A stretch of DNA of 64,000 nt from a virus, in IMG/VR virus record IMGVR_UViG_3300034418_008897, positions 1 through 64,000 of that record; one strand, 5' to 3'. Below are positions 1-11,030 of this stretch, piece by piece; positions within the stretch are counted from its first letter, which is position 1, and each line of letters starts with the position of its first letter. The translations under genes were made by a program, and so were the position numbers. The notes beneath the pieces are model-generated. The model was given only the letters and a program-made list of their open reading frames with translations, was not told the DNA's origin and did no database searches.

Positions 1-3000
1 GATTTCTTTTACAATTTTTAATTCTTGCTCTAAATCTTTTACTTCTTCTAATTCACCTTCTTCTTTCTTTTCTTCGATCTCTAATTCTAAATCTTCTTCA
101 CTTTTCCCAGACAAATTAATATCAAATTCAATTTCTACGGGGTCTTCTGTATTTAAATTTAATATTAAATTTTCTTCGTTATTTAATAAACCTTTTTCTT
201 CTTTTATTTTTAATATTTCGTCGTTAATCTCAGCTTTATCAGAAATAGTTATATCTTCAATGTCAGATAATTTATTCATTAAAATATCGAACCCTCTAGG
301 AGTAACTTCTTGATTAGCTAGTTGGATGAATTCAGATTTTATTGTAGCTACATATTTTTTGTAACCCTCTTCATTATTAGCTTCATTTTCTATATCAGCT
401 GTATTATCAACTAGTTCATTAAAATATTTATCTGTAAAAATCACTTTATCCTGATCAACAGAACTTATAGCTTTATCTATACTGTTTTTCCAAGATTCTA
501 GGTTAGTAGTATCATCTCCTCTTTGAGTAGCTCTATTAATAAATGTTTCTTTATCTATAGATATTATTTTATCAAAGTCTTTTGCATTTTCTCTTAAAAA
601 TAACATATCAGAAACCACAAGAAATTTATTTGTTTGCTTTGCTTCAATTAAAGCCTCACCCCAATATTTCCTCATAAGGTCGCTAAATTTTTCTTCATTT
701 TTAGGATCCTGTTTACGCCATTCATTTAAACCCTCACTGTTTTGTTTATCTATAGGCAGCTCTAATTCTTCTGCGATTTTTGGTTTAAAGTCTGTATCAA
801 AGTCTAAAACAGTGTCAGGATTATTTTCTTTAAAAGTAGTTTTACCTAAGCCTGGGTGCCCCCAAATAATTTTATCTTGGGGTTCTAAATAGTCAGTATA
901 GGTAATAGGTTCAACGTCTTCTGCTTTTTTAACAATATAAGTAAATTCGTCTTCTTTCAATAATTTATTAGAAGCTATACCGTCTTCGTAAGCATTACCA
1001 TAGTCATCAAATACTATAGCTTTATTTACACCTTTATTATTATCAAAAATAATCTTTCTATCTCCATCCCATTTTTTAACTATATAAGACACTCCTTTGA
1101 TTTTTATTTCTGTGCCTTCAGAAATCTCAGCTAAATATTTTTCTAGTAATTCTCTAGCTTTTTCTTTTTTAGCCAAGTTTTCCTCAATTCTTCTTTTTTC
1201 TGCCTCTTCTTTTTCTTTTTCTTCTTCTGCTCTTAATTTAGAATCTTTTTTAACAGCTTCTGCGTTTATAGGTTGTATGGTAGAATACATAGCTATTTTT
1301 AAATCTTTTGCTTCACGAGCTAAACTTTCATCCAATGATTTATCTACTATGAAAATATCATCTGAAATTACAGAATTTAATGTTCTACTAGTTTCATTAT
1401 GTATATAAGAAAAATATCTTGCTCTTCCTATAGTTGTAGCTAATTTAGAAGCAGCTGCTTTTTCTTTAATAGAAGCGTTAGCCCCATGAGATGCAAAAGA
1501 ATCTCCTATATCCTCTTTAGTAACAATAGAAATAACGTAATCAAATTCTTGTCCTTGAACAGAATTATGAGTAGTTAATTTAAAATTATCTCTGTAAGAC
1601 TTTATTAACGTACCTAATTTAGTATCTTCAGCTGGCACATCTTGCAAAGAAGGTAAAATTATACCAATTTTAAATGGCTCTGAATCTCCTTCTTTTATAG
1701 CATCTTCTATATTACGTTGTATATTATTTATGAATTCTTCATCATTAAATAAGTCTTGTCTAGTTTTACCTTTTTCTGAAAATTTAATACCACCTAATAA
1801 TTTTTCATCTGTGCCTTGAACATAACCGTAGCTGGAAGTAATATTATCAACGTTATTATCTGCTGTAAATAATACTTTTAAATTTTCCTTATTTTCTTTT
1901 AAAATTTTATTTCGTACAAATATATTTATGGATTCTATACGAGTCCTAAAATTATAAATTAATTTAGGAGTTCTAAAAAAGCCTATAGCAGCAGATAAAT
2001 TTTTAGGTTCTCCGTCTTTACTGTAGTATCCATTTTGAGATGGATCTCCTGTAAAAATAATTCTTAAAGCAGGTTCATTTGTTTTTTCCCTTGCTTTATT
2101 TATATCTTCTACTTTTTGCAGTAATTTAGCTAAGTCAGTTTTATTTTTATAATCTACTTTTTTAGCATCTTCACGAGTATATTCTAAGTAAGTAGCTTCA
2201 TCAAAAACAATAGCATTTATATCTTTTGTGTTTTCTATTTTAGATAAAAATCCTAGTAGTTTTTTAGGTGTCCATTTACCATTAACAACCTCTTCCGAGT
2301 GAAATGAATGCTCACTAGTAGAAACACCAAATTTTTGCATTGTTTTACTTAATATATCAACTTGTTCAGGTTGATTAGAAGCCAATAAAACTTTACCTTC
2401 ATTTATTATTTGAGCTATTTTTAAAGCAGTTCCTAATACATAAGAAGATTTACCTGAACCTTGCACACCGTAAACTACAGCTGCATGCCTATTTCCTTCT
2501 TCATTATTGTACGCGTAATCTATAAATTTAGAGCCTGCATCAGAAGTTAACTGAGCTACTAGCTCCATAATAACAGTATCTTGTTCTCCAGTAGAAGTTT
2601 CTGGTCCCTCAGATTCTTGTAATATTTTATTATATTCGCTATAAAATAATTCTCTGTTTAGTTCTAAAGTTATAAATGCATTTTTTATTTTTTCTTTTTT
2701 TGCTGTGTCTGCTAAAGGAGAATTATTTTCTGTTAAAGCTGATACATATATAGTGTAAGCATCTATTATTTTACTTTTTTCTTCTGATGATAAATTAAAT
2801 AATAAAGATTTTACAGCTGTAACTTTTTCAAAGTTTGCTATTATATCTTCATCAAGTTTAAAACGTTCATCTTGAGTTCTTTCAGCCGTCCAATTTGTGT
2901 AATCTTTTATTATTTCGTTACTACCTAAATCAGTTGCATCTAATAAACTTAATAATTCATCCTCTTCTTTTTTCATAGCAGAGATCATACTATCTTTATG

Positions 3001-6000
3001 TATAGTAGCGCCGCCCTTTAAATTTTCTTTACCTTCTTTTGCTAATTCTTCTAAGGATTCTAATCTGTTTTTTAAATCTTTTAAAAAAACATAGCTTTCA
3101 GATAAAGCATTTACTTTTCCAGATAAAATAGAAAATTCTTTTTCTTCTTCTTTAGTTTTATTTTCTTTGTTAAATAATTCTGCGTATTTATTATTATCTT
3201 GTATTAAAGAACCAAAAGTAGATGCATTTAAATTAGGATATAACTTTTTTAAATTGTCATAGGCTAAAACTCCTTTAGTAGTATTGGTTTTAATTTTTTC
3301 TTCTCCTGTGTCTAAGTCAATGTAAGAAAAAGAATTAGATTGTAATAAAAAATCAACTTGTTCTAAACGGGCCTTTACTTGAAATAAAGCAGATTGGACT
3401 TCTTCTAGAGAGTTAAAAGTGTTTATATTAGGGTTTTTTATTCTTTCGTCATTTTTTTGTTTTTCTAAAGCTTCAATTATATCTTTTAAATTATTAGAAC
3501 TTTTTAATTTATTTTTATCTCCGCTAAACCCTTTAATTAAATGCTCTACACTTTTAGCTCCCTTTAAGTAATCTAATTCCTCTAAGTCAACTAAATTTTC
3601 TTTATTTTTAGTTAGAGCATGTAATTCCTTTAAAAGTAAATAATCTTCACTTTCAAAATTTAAATATTCATTATATTTAGCTAAACCTTTTATTCTATTT
3701 AAAGTAATTTTATCATATAAATTTATTTTTATTTGTTCAACTAAAGCTCTAAAATCTACTAAAGTATTAGACTCTGAATTTAATAAATCCTCTAATTTTT
3801 CTTCATAACTTATAGGTATACCATATTCATCAATTAATTCAGGTAATAATTGGTCAGCCGTCAACCCTACTAAGTTCAATAACGGTGTTTTTAATGGGTC
3901 ATTAAACTCAACAGCTTCTAGTTCTTTGATAGTTTCTGCTGACTTTATATCAAAATCAATTTTGTTTTTATAAAAATTTTGAGCTAGAAATAAGTATCTA
4001 TTTTTTGCATCTTCACTTGTTAATGAATTATACTCCGGTGATTTTGTAATGTTTTCTACACTATAAAACTCTTCTGCTTTTTTAGTTAACTTTTCTTTAA
4101 AATTTTTTATACTTTTTTCTGGGGATTCATAATTTTCGTATAAATCTGTGATTTTGTCCTTAGCTTTTTGAGATAAATAAACTATTTTACCTTCCTTTAA
4201 TAAGTGAGTAATAGTATCTATATTAGATAAATCATTTTTTAGTTCACTTATTAGCTTGTCGTTTTCTTTTATTACATTCGCTATTTCTTCAAAATTTTCT
4301 TCAGAAGCTTCAATTTCCTCTTCAGAATTTTGTATTAAATTATACAATATATTCTTACCAAATTTTTCTTGCATGTCTTCAGATAGATTATCATAATCTA
4401 AAGAAGTACCTTTTGATAAAGCTTCAAAGAAATATTTAGACGCAGACTTACCAGTTTTTATATCGTTAAGCTCTTTTTCTATTTCTACTAATCTTTCTAC
4501 ACTAGCAGTATCCATATTATAAGCAGTAGCAAAATTATCTATTTTTTGTTTCTGCTCATCTTCTGTTAATTTAGGATCATAAATAGTTCTAGAACCATTA
4601 GGATTACTACTAGGTTCAGCTCCTGCTGTAGCCATAATATCTAAGTACTCTCTACTTAAATCTTTAATATCTTTTACTAAAGAGTTGTCAGTTAGAGCCT
4701 TTACTATTTCTGGTTTATTTTTAGCAATTTGTTTAAATATATCTACACCGCCTAAAGCATTTATAACAGAATTAACGTACTCGTATTGTTGCAATAAAAT
4801 ATCTTTAGTGGCATCATTCATACTTTGCAACTTATTATCTTCAGTTACAGGTATAAAAGTTTGAGTTTCAGGGTCATAAACTGTACTAAGTTTAGTATCT
4901 GCTAATTTACCTTCTTTATGTAATTTATTTATAGCATCTTTATAAGCCTCTCCTTGACCAGACATAGCATAATCAAGCATACTTTCTTTAACTTCATTTT
5001 GGTGAGGTTCGCCTAATATTTTTCTAAATCCCGGGGCTTTAGTTATTGCACCACCAATAAAACCACCCACAGCACTACTAGTTATACCTTCTTTAAAATA
5101 CTCCCAATAACCAGGATCGTAAGGACTTAAAAAATGTCCTTCTCTACCACCTTCTGCTTCCCAAGGAAACATATGTTTTAAAGCTTGGAATCCTTGTTTT
5201 ACTGCTTCTTCTGATAAAAATTCAGCTGTTTCTTCTGCTGCTTCTTTAGTACCAGATTCTAAAACACCTAAAATACCAGGGGCAGTTTTAGCCCAGTTTT
5301 CTGAAATGCTACTTAATTTAGAAGTATTTTTAGCTATATTACCCATAGTTTTACTAAAAATATTTTTAGTAACTTTACCGGCTGTTTCATCTAATATAGC
5401 TTTTTTAGCTGATTCCTCACTAGCTTCATCTGCCATTCTAAGACCGCTGATAATAGTTTTATGTAAACCGTCTATTTCCGGCTTCATAACTTTCATTACT
5501 GATTTAGCAGTAGCCCAAGATTCATAAGCATTTTGTAACGGGTTCATAAACTTATTAACTAACAACATAGAACCAAAAACACCTGTATATAAAGTAGCAG
5601 CTTCTCTAGCACTAAAACCAGCCGCCAAAGCAGATTGGTAAGTGTCTTTAGCACCGTACAAACTCATACCAACTATAGATCCTGTTGCAGCAGCTTTATT
5701 ATATAAAGACCCTGTTTGTAATGCTCTTAAAGCAGCTTTAGAACCTAACCCGGCCCCAGCTCTTAAACCATAACTAGTCAAAGCTACAGCCGAAGAAGCC
5801 ATAGCACGACCAGACAGTAATTGTAAAATTACATCTGAAACCAACCCAGCAGCAGCATCCCAACTGCCTAAAGCGCTACCTTCTCTTGTTTCAGCAGCAG
5901 GTTTAATAGTAGCTAAGTTTGTTCTAAGTAATACAGGAGCCCAGTCTTCTGCTGCTTCATTACCTCTAATAAAACTATCTGCTGCAGCCCCTAAATTTAT

Positions 6001-6870
6001 AACTGTACCTTCTATACCAGAAGCAAAATTTAAAAGAGATCTAGGAACAAAATCGAAAGCACCTGCTTCTCTAGAAGTTCTAGGGTTATAAATATCCCAA
6101 ATAGATGCTGTTTCTAAATGAGCGCTATCTAAATATTCTCCTTCTAGTATGGCTTGATATCCAGGTTTCATTTTAGATCCTTCTTGAGTAGACCCTTCTC
6201 TGTAAGCCCAACCCATTACTTTTTTCCCATTTACTAAAAAAGAAGGATTGTCTATAGCATAATAAGCACCGCTAGCATCATCATCTGAAAAATAAGCAAC
6301 TGCTTCGTTTATTAAGTTTGATATTTTAGTAAAAGGGTTATCTGTAGGTAAGTTAGGGTGAGCAAATCTATAAGAGTTCATTACTTCTTCTTTACTAGGC
6401 ATTTTATGTGCTTTACCATCAGAAGTAAAAAATATATCAGAATCTGCATGTGCTTTAAATATATCTACAGTAGGAGCAGTTATTTCTCCAAATAAAACTC
6501 TAGCTCCGTCTAAACTAGCATCCGTTGCTCTTACATCAGTCATTACTTTTCTTTCTTTATGACCTGTTAAGTAACCCATACCAGGCATAGCAAAGTATTC
6601 AGATGTAGCAAAAACATTAAATTTACCCTCCCTATAATTTTGATAATCTTTAGCTAATACGTTGTAATCAGCTTCTATTTTATTTTTATATTCATCGCCA
6701 AACTCATTTTTATAAGCTTCAACAATCTGTGGGTCTTGTAAATAATCTTCTTTAGGTTTTAAATCAAATTCTTGTTCTGGGTTGTTATTTAAAATATCAG
6801 CGTAATTTCCCGACATTTGATTCAAAGTTCTTTCGTAAAACCAATCTTTACTTTTAATATTTTCTGGCAT
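1..6870 (-). CDS. Giant (>2290 aa, runs off the window) virion cargo/polyvalent protein with an Ala/Gly hydrophobic region, an SF1 helicase and a P-loop kinase domain; may be the virion RNA polymerase-associated polyprotein
   Basis: ATG at 6870 (MPENIKSKDWFYERT...). The frame was spot-translated at several points and is open at position 1; the track lists no minus-strand ORF here, consistent with no stop. Helicase motifs: VYGVQGSGKSS (~2440-2480), IVFDEATY (~2190-2215), IIFTGDPSQ (~2035-2065), THNSVQGQEFDYV (~1535-1575), ATTIGRAR (~1415-1440). Kinase: IIWGHPGLGKTT (~835-870). No RNAP catalytic motif seen inside the window. Confidence 0.85.
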   Translation of the reverse strand, partial: MPENIKSKDWFYERTLNQMSGNYADILNNNPEQEFDLKPKEDYLQDPQIVEAYKNEFGDEYKNKIEADYNVLAKDYQNYREGKFNVFATSEYFAMPGMGYLTGHKERKVMTDVRATDASLDGARVLFGEITAPTVDIFKAHADSDIFFTSDGKAHKMPSKEEVMNSYRFAHPNLPTDNPFTKISNLINEAVAYFSDDDASGAYYAIDNPSFLVNGKKVMGWAYREGSTQEGSKMKPGYQAILEGEYLDSAHLETASIWDIYNPRTSREAGAFDFVPRSLLNFASGIEGTVINLGAAADSFIRGNEAAEDWAPVLLRTNLATIKPAAETREGSALGSWDAAAGLVSDVILQLLSGRAMASSAVALTSYGLRAGAGLGSKAALRALQTGSLYNKAAATGSIVGMSLYGAKDTYQSALAAGFSAREAATLYTGVFGSMLLVNKFMNPLQNAYESWATAKSVMKVMKPEIDGLHKTIISGLRMADEASEESAKKAILDETAGKVTKNIFSKTMGNIAKNTSKLSSISENWAKTAPGILGVLESGTKEAAEETAEFLSEEAVKQGFQALKHMFPWEAEGGREGHFLSPYDPGYWEYFKEGITSSAVGGFIGGAITKAPGFRKILGEPHQNEVKESMLDYAMSGQGEAYKDAINKLHKEGKLADTKLSTVYDPETQTFIPVTEDNKLQSMNDATKDILLQQYEYVNSVINALGGVDIFKQIAKNKPEIVKALTDNSLVKDIKDLSREYLDIMATAGAEPSSNPNGSRTIYDPKLTEDEQKQKIDNFATAYNMDTASVERLVEIEKELNDIKTGKSASKYFFEALSKGTSLDYDNLSEDMQEKFGKNILYNLIQNSEEEIEASEENFEEIANVIKENDKLISELKNDLSNIDTITHLLKEGKIVYLSQKAKDKITDLYENYESPEKSIKNFKEKLTKKAEEFYSVENITKSPEYNSLTSEDAKNRYLFLAQNFYKNKIDFDIKSAETIKELEAVEFNDPLKTPLLNLVGLTADQLLPELIDEYGIPISYEEKLEDLLNSESNTLVDFRALVEQIKINLYDKITLNRIKGLAKYNEYLNFESEDYLLLKELHALTKNKENLVDLEELDYLKGAKSVEHLIKGFSGDKNKLKSSNNLKDIIEALEKQKNDERIKNPNINTFNSLEEVQSALFQVKARLEQVDFLLQSNSFSYIDLDTGEEKIKTNTTKGVLAYDNLKKLYPNLNASTFGSLIQDNNKYAELFNKENKTKEEEKEFSILSGKVNALSESYVFLKDLKNRLESLEELAKEGKENLKGGATIHKDSMISAMKKEEDELLSLLDATDLGSNEIIKDYTNWTAERTQDERFKLDEDIIANFEKVTAVKSLLFNLSSEEKSKIIDAYTIYVSALTENNSPLADTAKKEKIKNAFITLELNRELFYSEYNKILQESEGPETSTGEQDTVIMELVAQLTSDAGSKFIDYAYNNEEGNRHAAVVYGVQGSGKSSYVLGTALKIAQIINEGKVLLASNQPEQVDILSKTMQKFGVSTSEHSFHSEEVVNGKWTPKKLLGFLSKIENTKDINAIVFDEATYLEYTREDAKKVDYKNKTDLAKLLQKVEDINKAREKTNEPALRIIFTGDPSQNGYYSKDGEPKNLSAAIGFFRTPKLIYNFRTRIESINIFVRNKILKENKENLKVLFTADNNVDNITSSYGYVQGTDEKLLGGIKFSEKGKTRQDLFNDEEFINNIQRNIEDAIKEGDSEPFKIGIILPSLQDVPAEDTKLGTLIKSYRDNFKLTTHNSVQGQEFDYVISIVTKEDIGDSFASHGANASIKEKAAASKLATTIGRARYFSYIHNETSRTLNSVISDDIFIVDKSLDESLAREAKDLKIAMYSTIQPINAEAVKKDSKLRAEEEKEKEEAEKRRIEENLAKKEKARELLEKYLAEISEGTEIKIKGVSYIVKKWDGDRKIIFDNNKGVNKAIVFDDYGNAYEDGIASNKLLKEDEFTYIVKKAEDVEPITYTDYLEPQDKIIWGHPGLGKTTFKENNPDTVLDFDTDFKPKIAEELELPIDKQNSEGLNEWRKQDPKNEEKFSDLMRKYWGEALIEAKQTNKFLVVSDMLFLRENAKDFDKIISIDKETFINRATQRGDDTTNLESWKNSIDKAISSVDQDKVIFTDKYFNELVDNTADIENEANNEEGYKKYVATIKSEFIQLANQEVTPRGFDILMNKLSDIEDITISDKAEINDEILKIKEEKGLLNNEENLILNLNTEDPVEIEFDINLSGKSEEDLELEIEEKKEEGELEEVKDLEQELKIVKEI

Positions 6871-6895
6871 ATCTTGTTATATTATTATATTTATA

Positions 6896-8986
6896 TTATT
6901 CTAGATTAGATAAATTTACACCTATAGGGCTTATTGAAGTTTTTCCTGGATTTTCTAATTGTTGTTGTAAACTCATTTGTTGTTTTGCAACATAAGAATC
7001 CATCATTTTTGAATTAGATCTTGCAGGTATAACTATTTTATAGGCAAAAACTTCAGGTTCATCTGGGTTGTTGACCCAACCTACAATCAAAGGATCATAG
7101 TCTAAAGTTTTATCTGGTTGTACTATTTTACCTAAAAAAAGATCTACCATATCTGACATCGGCTTTACTAAATTTTCTTTTGTTACAGGAACATCATCAT
7201 CAAAAAATTTAGATGTGGAATAAGCAGTAGCTATATAAACTCTTTTTATTGTTACATTTTCTGGTAAAAAAGATTTTAATATTTTTTGATATTCTTGCTC
7301 ATAAGCTTCTGTTCCTTTTTCTGCGGTTATATTTTTAATTTTATTTGCATACTTTAATTTTTGTTCTTTTGACATAGTTAGATCAAAAACACTACCGTCA
7401 GCATTAATAGGTAAATAAGCCCCTTTTAAAGTATTTTTGTCTATAATACTACCACTTAATAAATCAACATGACTATCCCAAGGATCACTACCTGATACTT
7501 GACTAGCCCTTATATTAGTTGAACCTATAGTAGCTTTTGATAAATCAGCAATTTTATTAAATTCAGTTTCATTTTTTAAATAAACCTTATTTCTTTTTTG
7601 GTTATTAGCATCTGCTTGTATATAATCTTTTGCTTCATTAGCATCTGTATTATAGTATGCTGCTTGTATATATTTATTTCCTTTTAAAACATTTAACCCA
7701 TCTATAGTCTGCAATTCAAACTCATTAGCATCAGACCAATCCTTACCAGGACCTTCTAACTTAACTGCTCCAGTTAATTCTGCTATAGCCCCCGCTTTAA
7801 CTACTTCAGTATCATAAATTTTAGTGTAATCACCAGGCATAGTTACTTGGTAACGTTTTAAATATTCGTATTGTAAAATATTAGTTATTTGTTTTTCTTT
7901 TTCTTCTTCCGTTTTAGCATAAACTTTTTCATACTCACCTGTAGGATTTCCATATTCATCTAGTATAGGATCTCCTTTTTTGTATATTAATTCTTTATTT
8001 CCGTTTTCATCTAAAATAGGCTTTCCGTTTTCATCTTTTTTAATTTCCATTAAAGGCATAAAAGCTAATTTAGCATCAAAATATTTTTTAACTTTAGGGT
8101 CCATATTTTGCAATAAGCTTTGAAAAGCAAAATCTATATTTGTTTCATTAGTTCTTTTTCCTCTACTTTGTGTAAAATTCTCTAATATTTGACCAGTAGC
8201 ATCTGCTTTACCCCCTTGTGTAATTTTTGAAATATTATCAGTAAATCCTACATCGTTAAATGCTTTATCTATCCATTCATTTTTAATATATCTATAACTA
8301 ACACCATCTCTAAGGTTACTAATTATATCTCTATCACCTCTAAAATTAATATCTTCTGCCCTTAAATTAGCAACATCTTTATAAGTTAAAAGCTTAATTA
8401 ACTTCCATTGATCTCCTCCTTTTCTAAGTTCTTCAGGTGTTAAGTAAGAATAAGTTGATTTTTTATTACCTTCTTCATCCTCAATTAGAACACTAGCTAA
8501 AAATCTACCTTGATCATCGTAGTAATCAGAATTAGCTCCGTCTTGTTCATTTAAAGCTTTTATATTTTCTTTGTAAGCTTCTTCTTGAGCAAGATCGACC
8601 CTTTGTTGGGTATTTAAATAATATTCGTATTTACTTCTCAACTCAAAGTATTTATCTGTCTTTTCAAAACCATCTACATTATTTAGACCCCATTGAATTT
8701 CATCAAATAGTTGTTTAGCTTTTGTTTGAGTATCAAAATTATCTATAGGCAACCCCACAGCTTCAGGGTATTTCATTTCAGGTAATTTACTGCTTTTTTC
8801 TTTTTTATCACTAGCTGTTTTAGCAGTACTAGCTTTATATTTTTGTAATAAAGCAGAAGGATCATAAGGAGTATAAGGTATAGGCTGTATTTGATAAGTA
8901 GCGTAAAACGGTATATCTCCCCCTGTTTGAAATTTATTTATTTTTCTTCTCTTGATTTCTCTGTTTGAACGGAATAATAACGACAT
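6896..8986 (-). CDS. Putative ejected cargo protein (696 aa), tagged N-terminus
   Basis: Long ORF directly before the giant cargo gene, as in crAss-like cargo clusters; starts MSLLFRS...KINKFQTGG. Confidence 0.6.
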   Translation of the reverse strand: MSLLFRSNREIKRRKINKFQTGGDIPFYATYQIQPIPYTPYDPSALLQKYKASTAKTASDKKEKSSKLPEMKYPEAVGLPIDNFDTQTKAKQLFDEIQWGLNNVDGFEKTDKYFELRSKYEYYLNTQQRVDLAQEEAYKENIKALNEQDGANSDYYDDQGRFLASVLIEDEEGNKKSTYSYLTPEELRKGGDQWKLIKLLTYKDVANLRAEDINFRGDRDIISNLRDGVSYRYIKNEWIDKAFNDVGFTDNISKITQGGKADATGQILENFTQSRGKRTNETNIDFAFQSLLQNMDPKVKKYFDAKLAFMPLMEIKKDENGKPILDENGNKELIYKKGDPILDEYGNPTGEYEKVYAKTEEEKEKQITNILQYEYLKRYQVTMPGDYTKIYDTEVVKAGAIAELTGAVKLEGPGKDWSDANEFELQTIDGLNVLKGNKYIQAAYYNTDANEAKDYIQADANNQKRNKVYLKNETEFNKIADLSKATIGSTNIRASQVSGSDPWDSHVDLLSGSIIDKNTLKGAYLPINADGSVFDLTMSKEQKLKYANKIKNITAEKGTEAYEQEYQKILKSFLPENVTIKRVYIATAYSTSKFFDDDVPVTKENLVKPMSDMVDLFLGKIVQPDKTLDYDPLIVGWVNNPDEPEVFAYKIVIPARSNSKMMDSYVAKQQMSLQQQLENPGKTSISPIGVNLSNLE

Positions 8987-9040
8987 ATTCTTATATAAAA
9001 GTTTAAAAGATTATATTAAAAGTGGTAATATTTTTAAAGT

Positions 9041-9068
9041 AAAAACCCCAGACCGAAGTCTAGGGTTT
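9041..9068 (-). terminator. Intrinsic terminator with cUUCGg tetraloop
   Basis: Minus strand AAACCCTAGAC-TTCG-GTCTGGGGTTTTT, just after the stop at 9097. Confidence 0.8.
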
Positions 9069-9096
9069 GTTATCTCTCAGTAAAAATTTATAGTTT

Positions 9097-10323
9097 TTAT
9101 ACTTTAAAATTTGACTTTAATTTTGTGTAGTTTTCTTTTGCTGAATTTAATTCCTCTAAAGCCTGTTGAATTTTTTCAGGTTCATATTTTTGAGCATAAA
9201 CGTAATTATTTTTTGCCTTTAAATAATTATCATAAGCTAATTGTTGATCCATTAGTTGGCTTTCTGCTTGGTATTGTTTAGAAACTAATTTATTTTTCCA
9301 AACTCTATCTTGTAAATTTGCAAAAACAGTACCTAGATTTTGATATAATTGGCTGAATCTATTTTGTTCAGCTTGTGCTTCTGCAATATCTGCTTGATAT
9401 CTAGCTTGTTCATTAAGATTTTCTGCGTCTGTTCTATAAGCTTCGTTTTGAGCTATTTGTGCTTTTTGTTCATTTACAGCTTCATTGTAAGCTTTTAATT
9501 CGTTTACATTGAAAAGATTTTCTCTAGCAGCTAGTTCTCCTTTGGCTTTTTGAAGGTTAGCTTCTGTCATAGTATTAAGAATACCTGCTAATACTGGGTC
9601 ACTAGTTAATTTAGGGGTTCTAACTTTAGATATTGCTTCATTTTCAGCCCAAGTATTTAGCTTTCTAGGAGCTAAGACTTCATTTACAGGGCCTTTCATA
9701 GCTTTTACTTTCATAGGTTTAACACTAGCCACAGGGTTTTTAAACGCTTTGTAAGCTAAAATTCCTTGTGCAATATCTCCAAAACCTATAGGTATGTTAG
9801 GAGTATTTTCTCCTATAAACCTGCCAGCATCACCTGCCCCCTTTGTTATTAATCTACCTGTATTACCTGCTAATCTTTTAGCATTATCTAGAAGAGAAGG
9901 GTTTGTTGGTTGGTCTCCCGATAACTCTAATCCAGGTGCTGTCCACACTTTATCTCTTCTAGGTAACTCATCTACAGCGGGTTTTCTAGAAAGGCCTCTA
10001 CGAGGTAAATCTAAATAACTTCTATCTGCTAAAAATGGATTACCTAAAGTTAAATCACTTTTGTAAGGACCATCACCAGCAAATTTATATTCAGACATAT
10101 CTCCAGAATAAGGAAATAATTTTTCTCCGGGCTGAAGATTAACTCTCCCACTATTAGATTCTGGTAATGTCAATGAATTAGTATAATATTGTTGCCAATT
10201 ACTTCCAGAGCTAGGCTGAGAGAAAAAATAACTAGAAGGTATGTAGTTTAATTTAGGTTTAGGAATTAAACTACTCAACCCTCCGTCAGCTTTTAATACT
10301 AATTTTTTATTACTTTTATACAT
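9097..10323 (-). CDS. Putative ejected cargo protein (408 aa), coiled-coil C-terminus
   Basis: N-terminal KKLVLKADGG variant of the tag; Gln/Ala/Asn-rich helical C-terminal half; lies in the cargo cluster. Confidence 0.55.
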   Translation of the reverse strand: MYKSNKKLVLKADGGLSSLIPKPKLNYIPSSYFFSQPSSGSNWQQYYTNSLTLPESNSGRVNLQPGEKLFPYSGDMSEYKFAGDGPYKSDLTLGNPFLADRSYLDLPRRGLSRKPAVDELPRRDKVWTAPGLELSGDQPTNPSLLDNAKRLAGNTGRLITKGAGDAGRFIGENTPNIPIGFGDIAQGILAYKAFKNPVASVKPMKVKAMKGPVNEVLAPRKLNTWAENEAISKVRTPKLTSDPVLAGILNTMTEANLQKAKGELAARENLFNVNELKAYNEAVNEQKAQIAQNEAYRTDAENLNEQARYQADIAEAQAEQNRFSQLYQNLGTVFANLQDRVWKNKLVSKQYQAESQLMDQQLAYDNYLKAKNNYVYAQKYEPEKIQQALEELNSAKENYTKLKSNFKV

Positions 10324-10373
10324 ACTTAACCCGTTAGAAGTAATCTTCTTTAATTTTTATATTTACTATAATA

Positions 10374-10679
10374 TTATAGTAATTTACCCCCTTTACGGAA
10401 TACTGGAGTTTCGTAGTTCATACGACCACCGTTTCTCATAGCTGGTTGAGCTTCTTGTGCTCCTCCCATCATTTCTAACAACATATCACAAATAGCTACA
10501 GCAATTTGAGGATCTCTTGTCTCAGCATACTGCATCAACATTCCTTCAATATCTGGTCCTTGTTGTGTTGGAGCTTCAGCCATTTCTGGAGCAGCAGCTT
10601 CTGGAGCCATTTCTCCACCCATTTGAAATTTACCAACTTTATTTTGTGTTCCGTAAACTTTTAAATAATCTTTTGACAT
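10374..10679 (-). CDS. Small (101 aa) internal virion protein carrying three tag copies
   Basis: KFQMGG, AMRNGG and VFRKGGKLL; has its own AT-rich upstream region. Confidence 0.6.
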   Translation of the reverse strand: MSKDYLKVYGTQNKVGKFQMGGEMAPEAAAPEMAEAPTQQGPDIEGMLMQYAETRDPQIAVAICDMLLEMMGGAQEAQPAMRNGGRMNYETPVFRKGGKLL

Positions 10680-10761
10680 TTTTGTTAAATTTGAAAATTT
10701 ATAATTTATTATATTAATATTTATTTAATTTAAAAGGTAATATTAAAATTTTGATAATTTT

Positions 10762-11028
10762 TTAACCCCATGATACAGCAGCTAAATCTGTTAATAATTG
10801 AGCGCTTCCTGATTTAGGGTCTTCAGCTGTAATTAAAAATCCCTCATCAAATCTAGTTTGACCTGTAGTAATTAATTTTGTTCTTAAACAAGGATACCCG
10901 AAAGAACCATTAATTTCTTTTTTAGCATAAACTGTATAAGTGTTATTACCGGATTCATAAGTAGCTAAAGGCTTAACCGAATCTTGGTTATAAGTAGCTG
11001 TTAATATATCTATAAGTTCTCTGTACAT
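10762..11028 (-). CDS. Hypothetical protein (88 aa)
   Basis: ORF packed in the operon; no recognisable motif. Confidence 0.55.
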   Translation of the reverse strand: MYRELIDILTATYNQDSVKPLATYESGNNTYTVYAKKEINGSFGYPCLRTKLITTGQTRFDEGFLITAEDPKSGSAQLLTDLAAVSWG

Positions 11029-11030
11029 AA

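Noticed and set aside
785-3965. DFDTD (~790-805) and DFDIK (~3945-3960) resembling the crAss RNA polymerase DFDID motif
   Set aside because: DFDTD aligns with SLDDD of the paralogous kinase domain, and DFDIK lacks the third Asp; the RNAP centre is not evident in this window.
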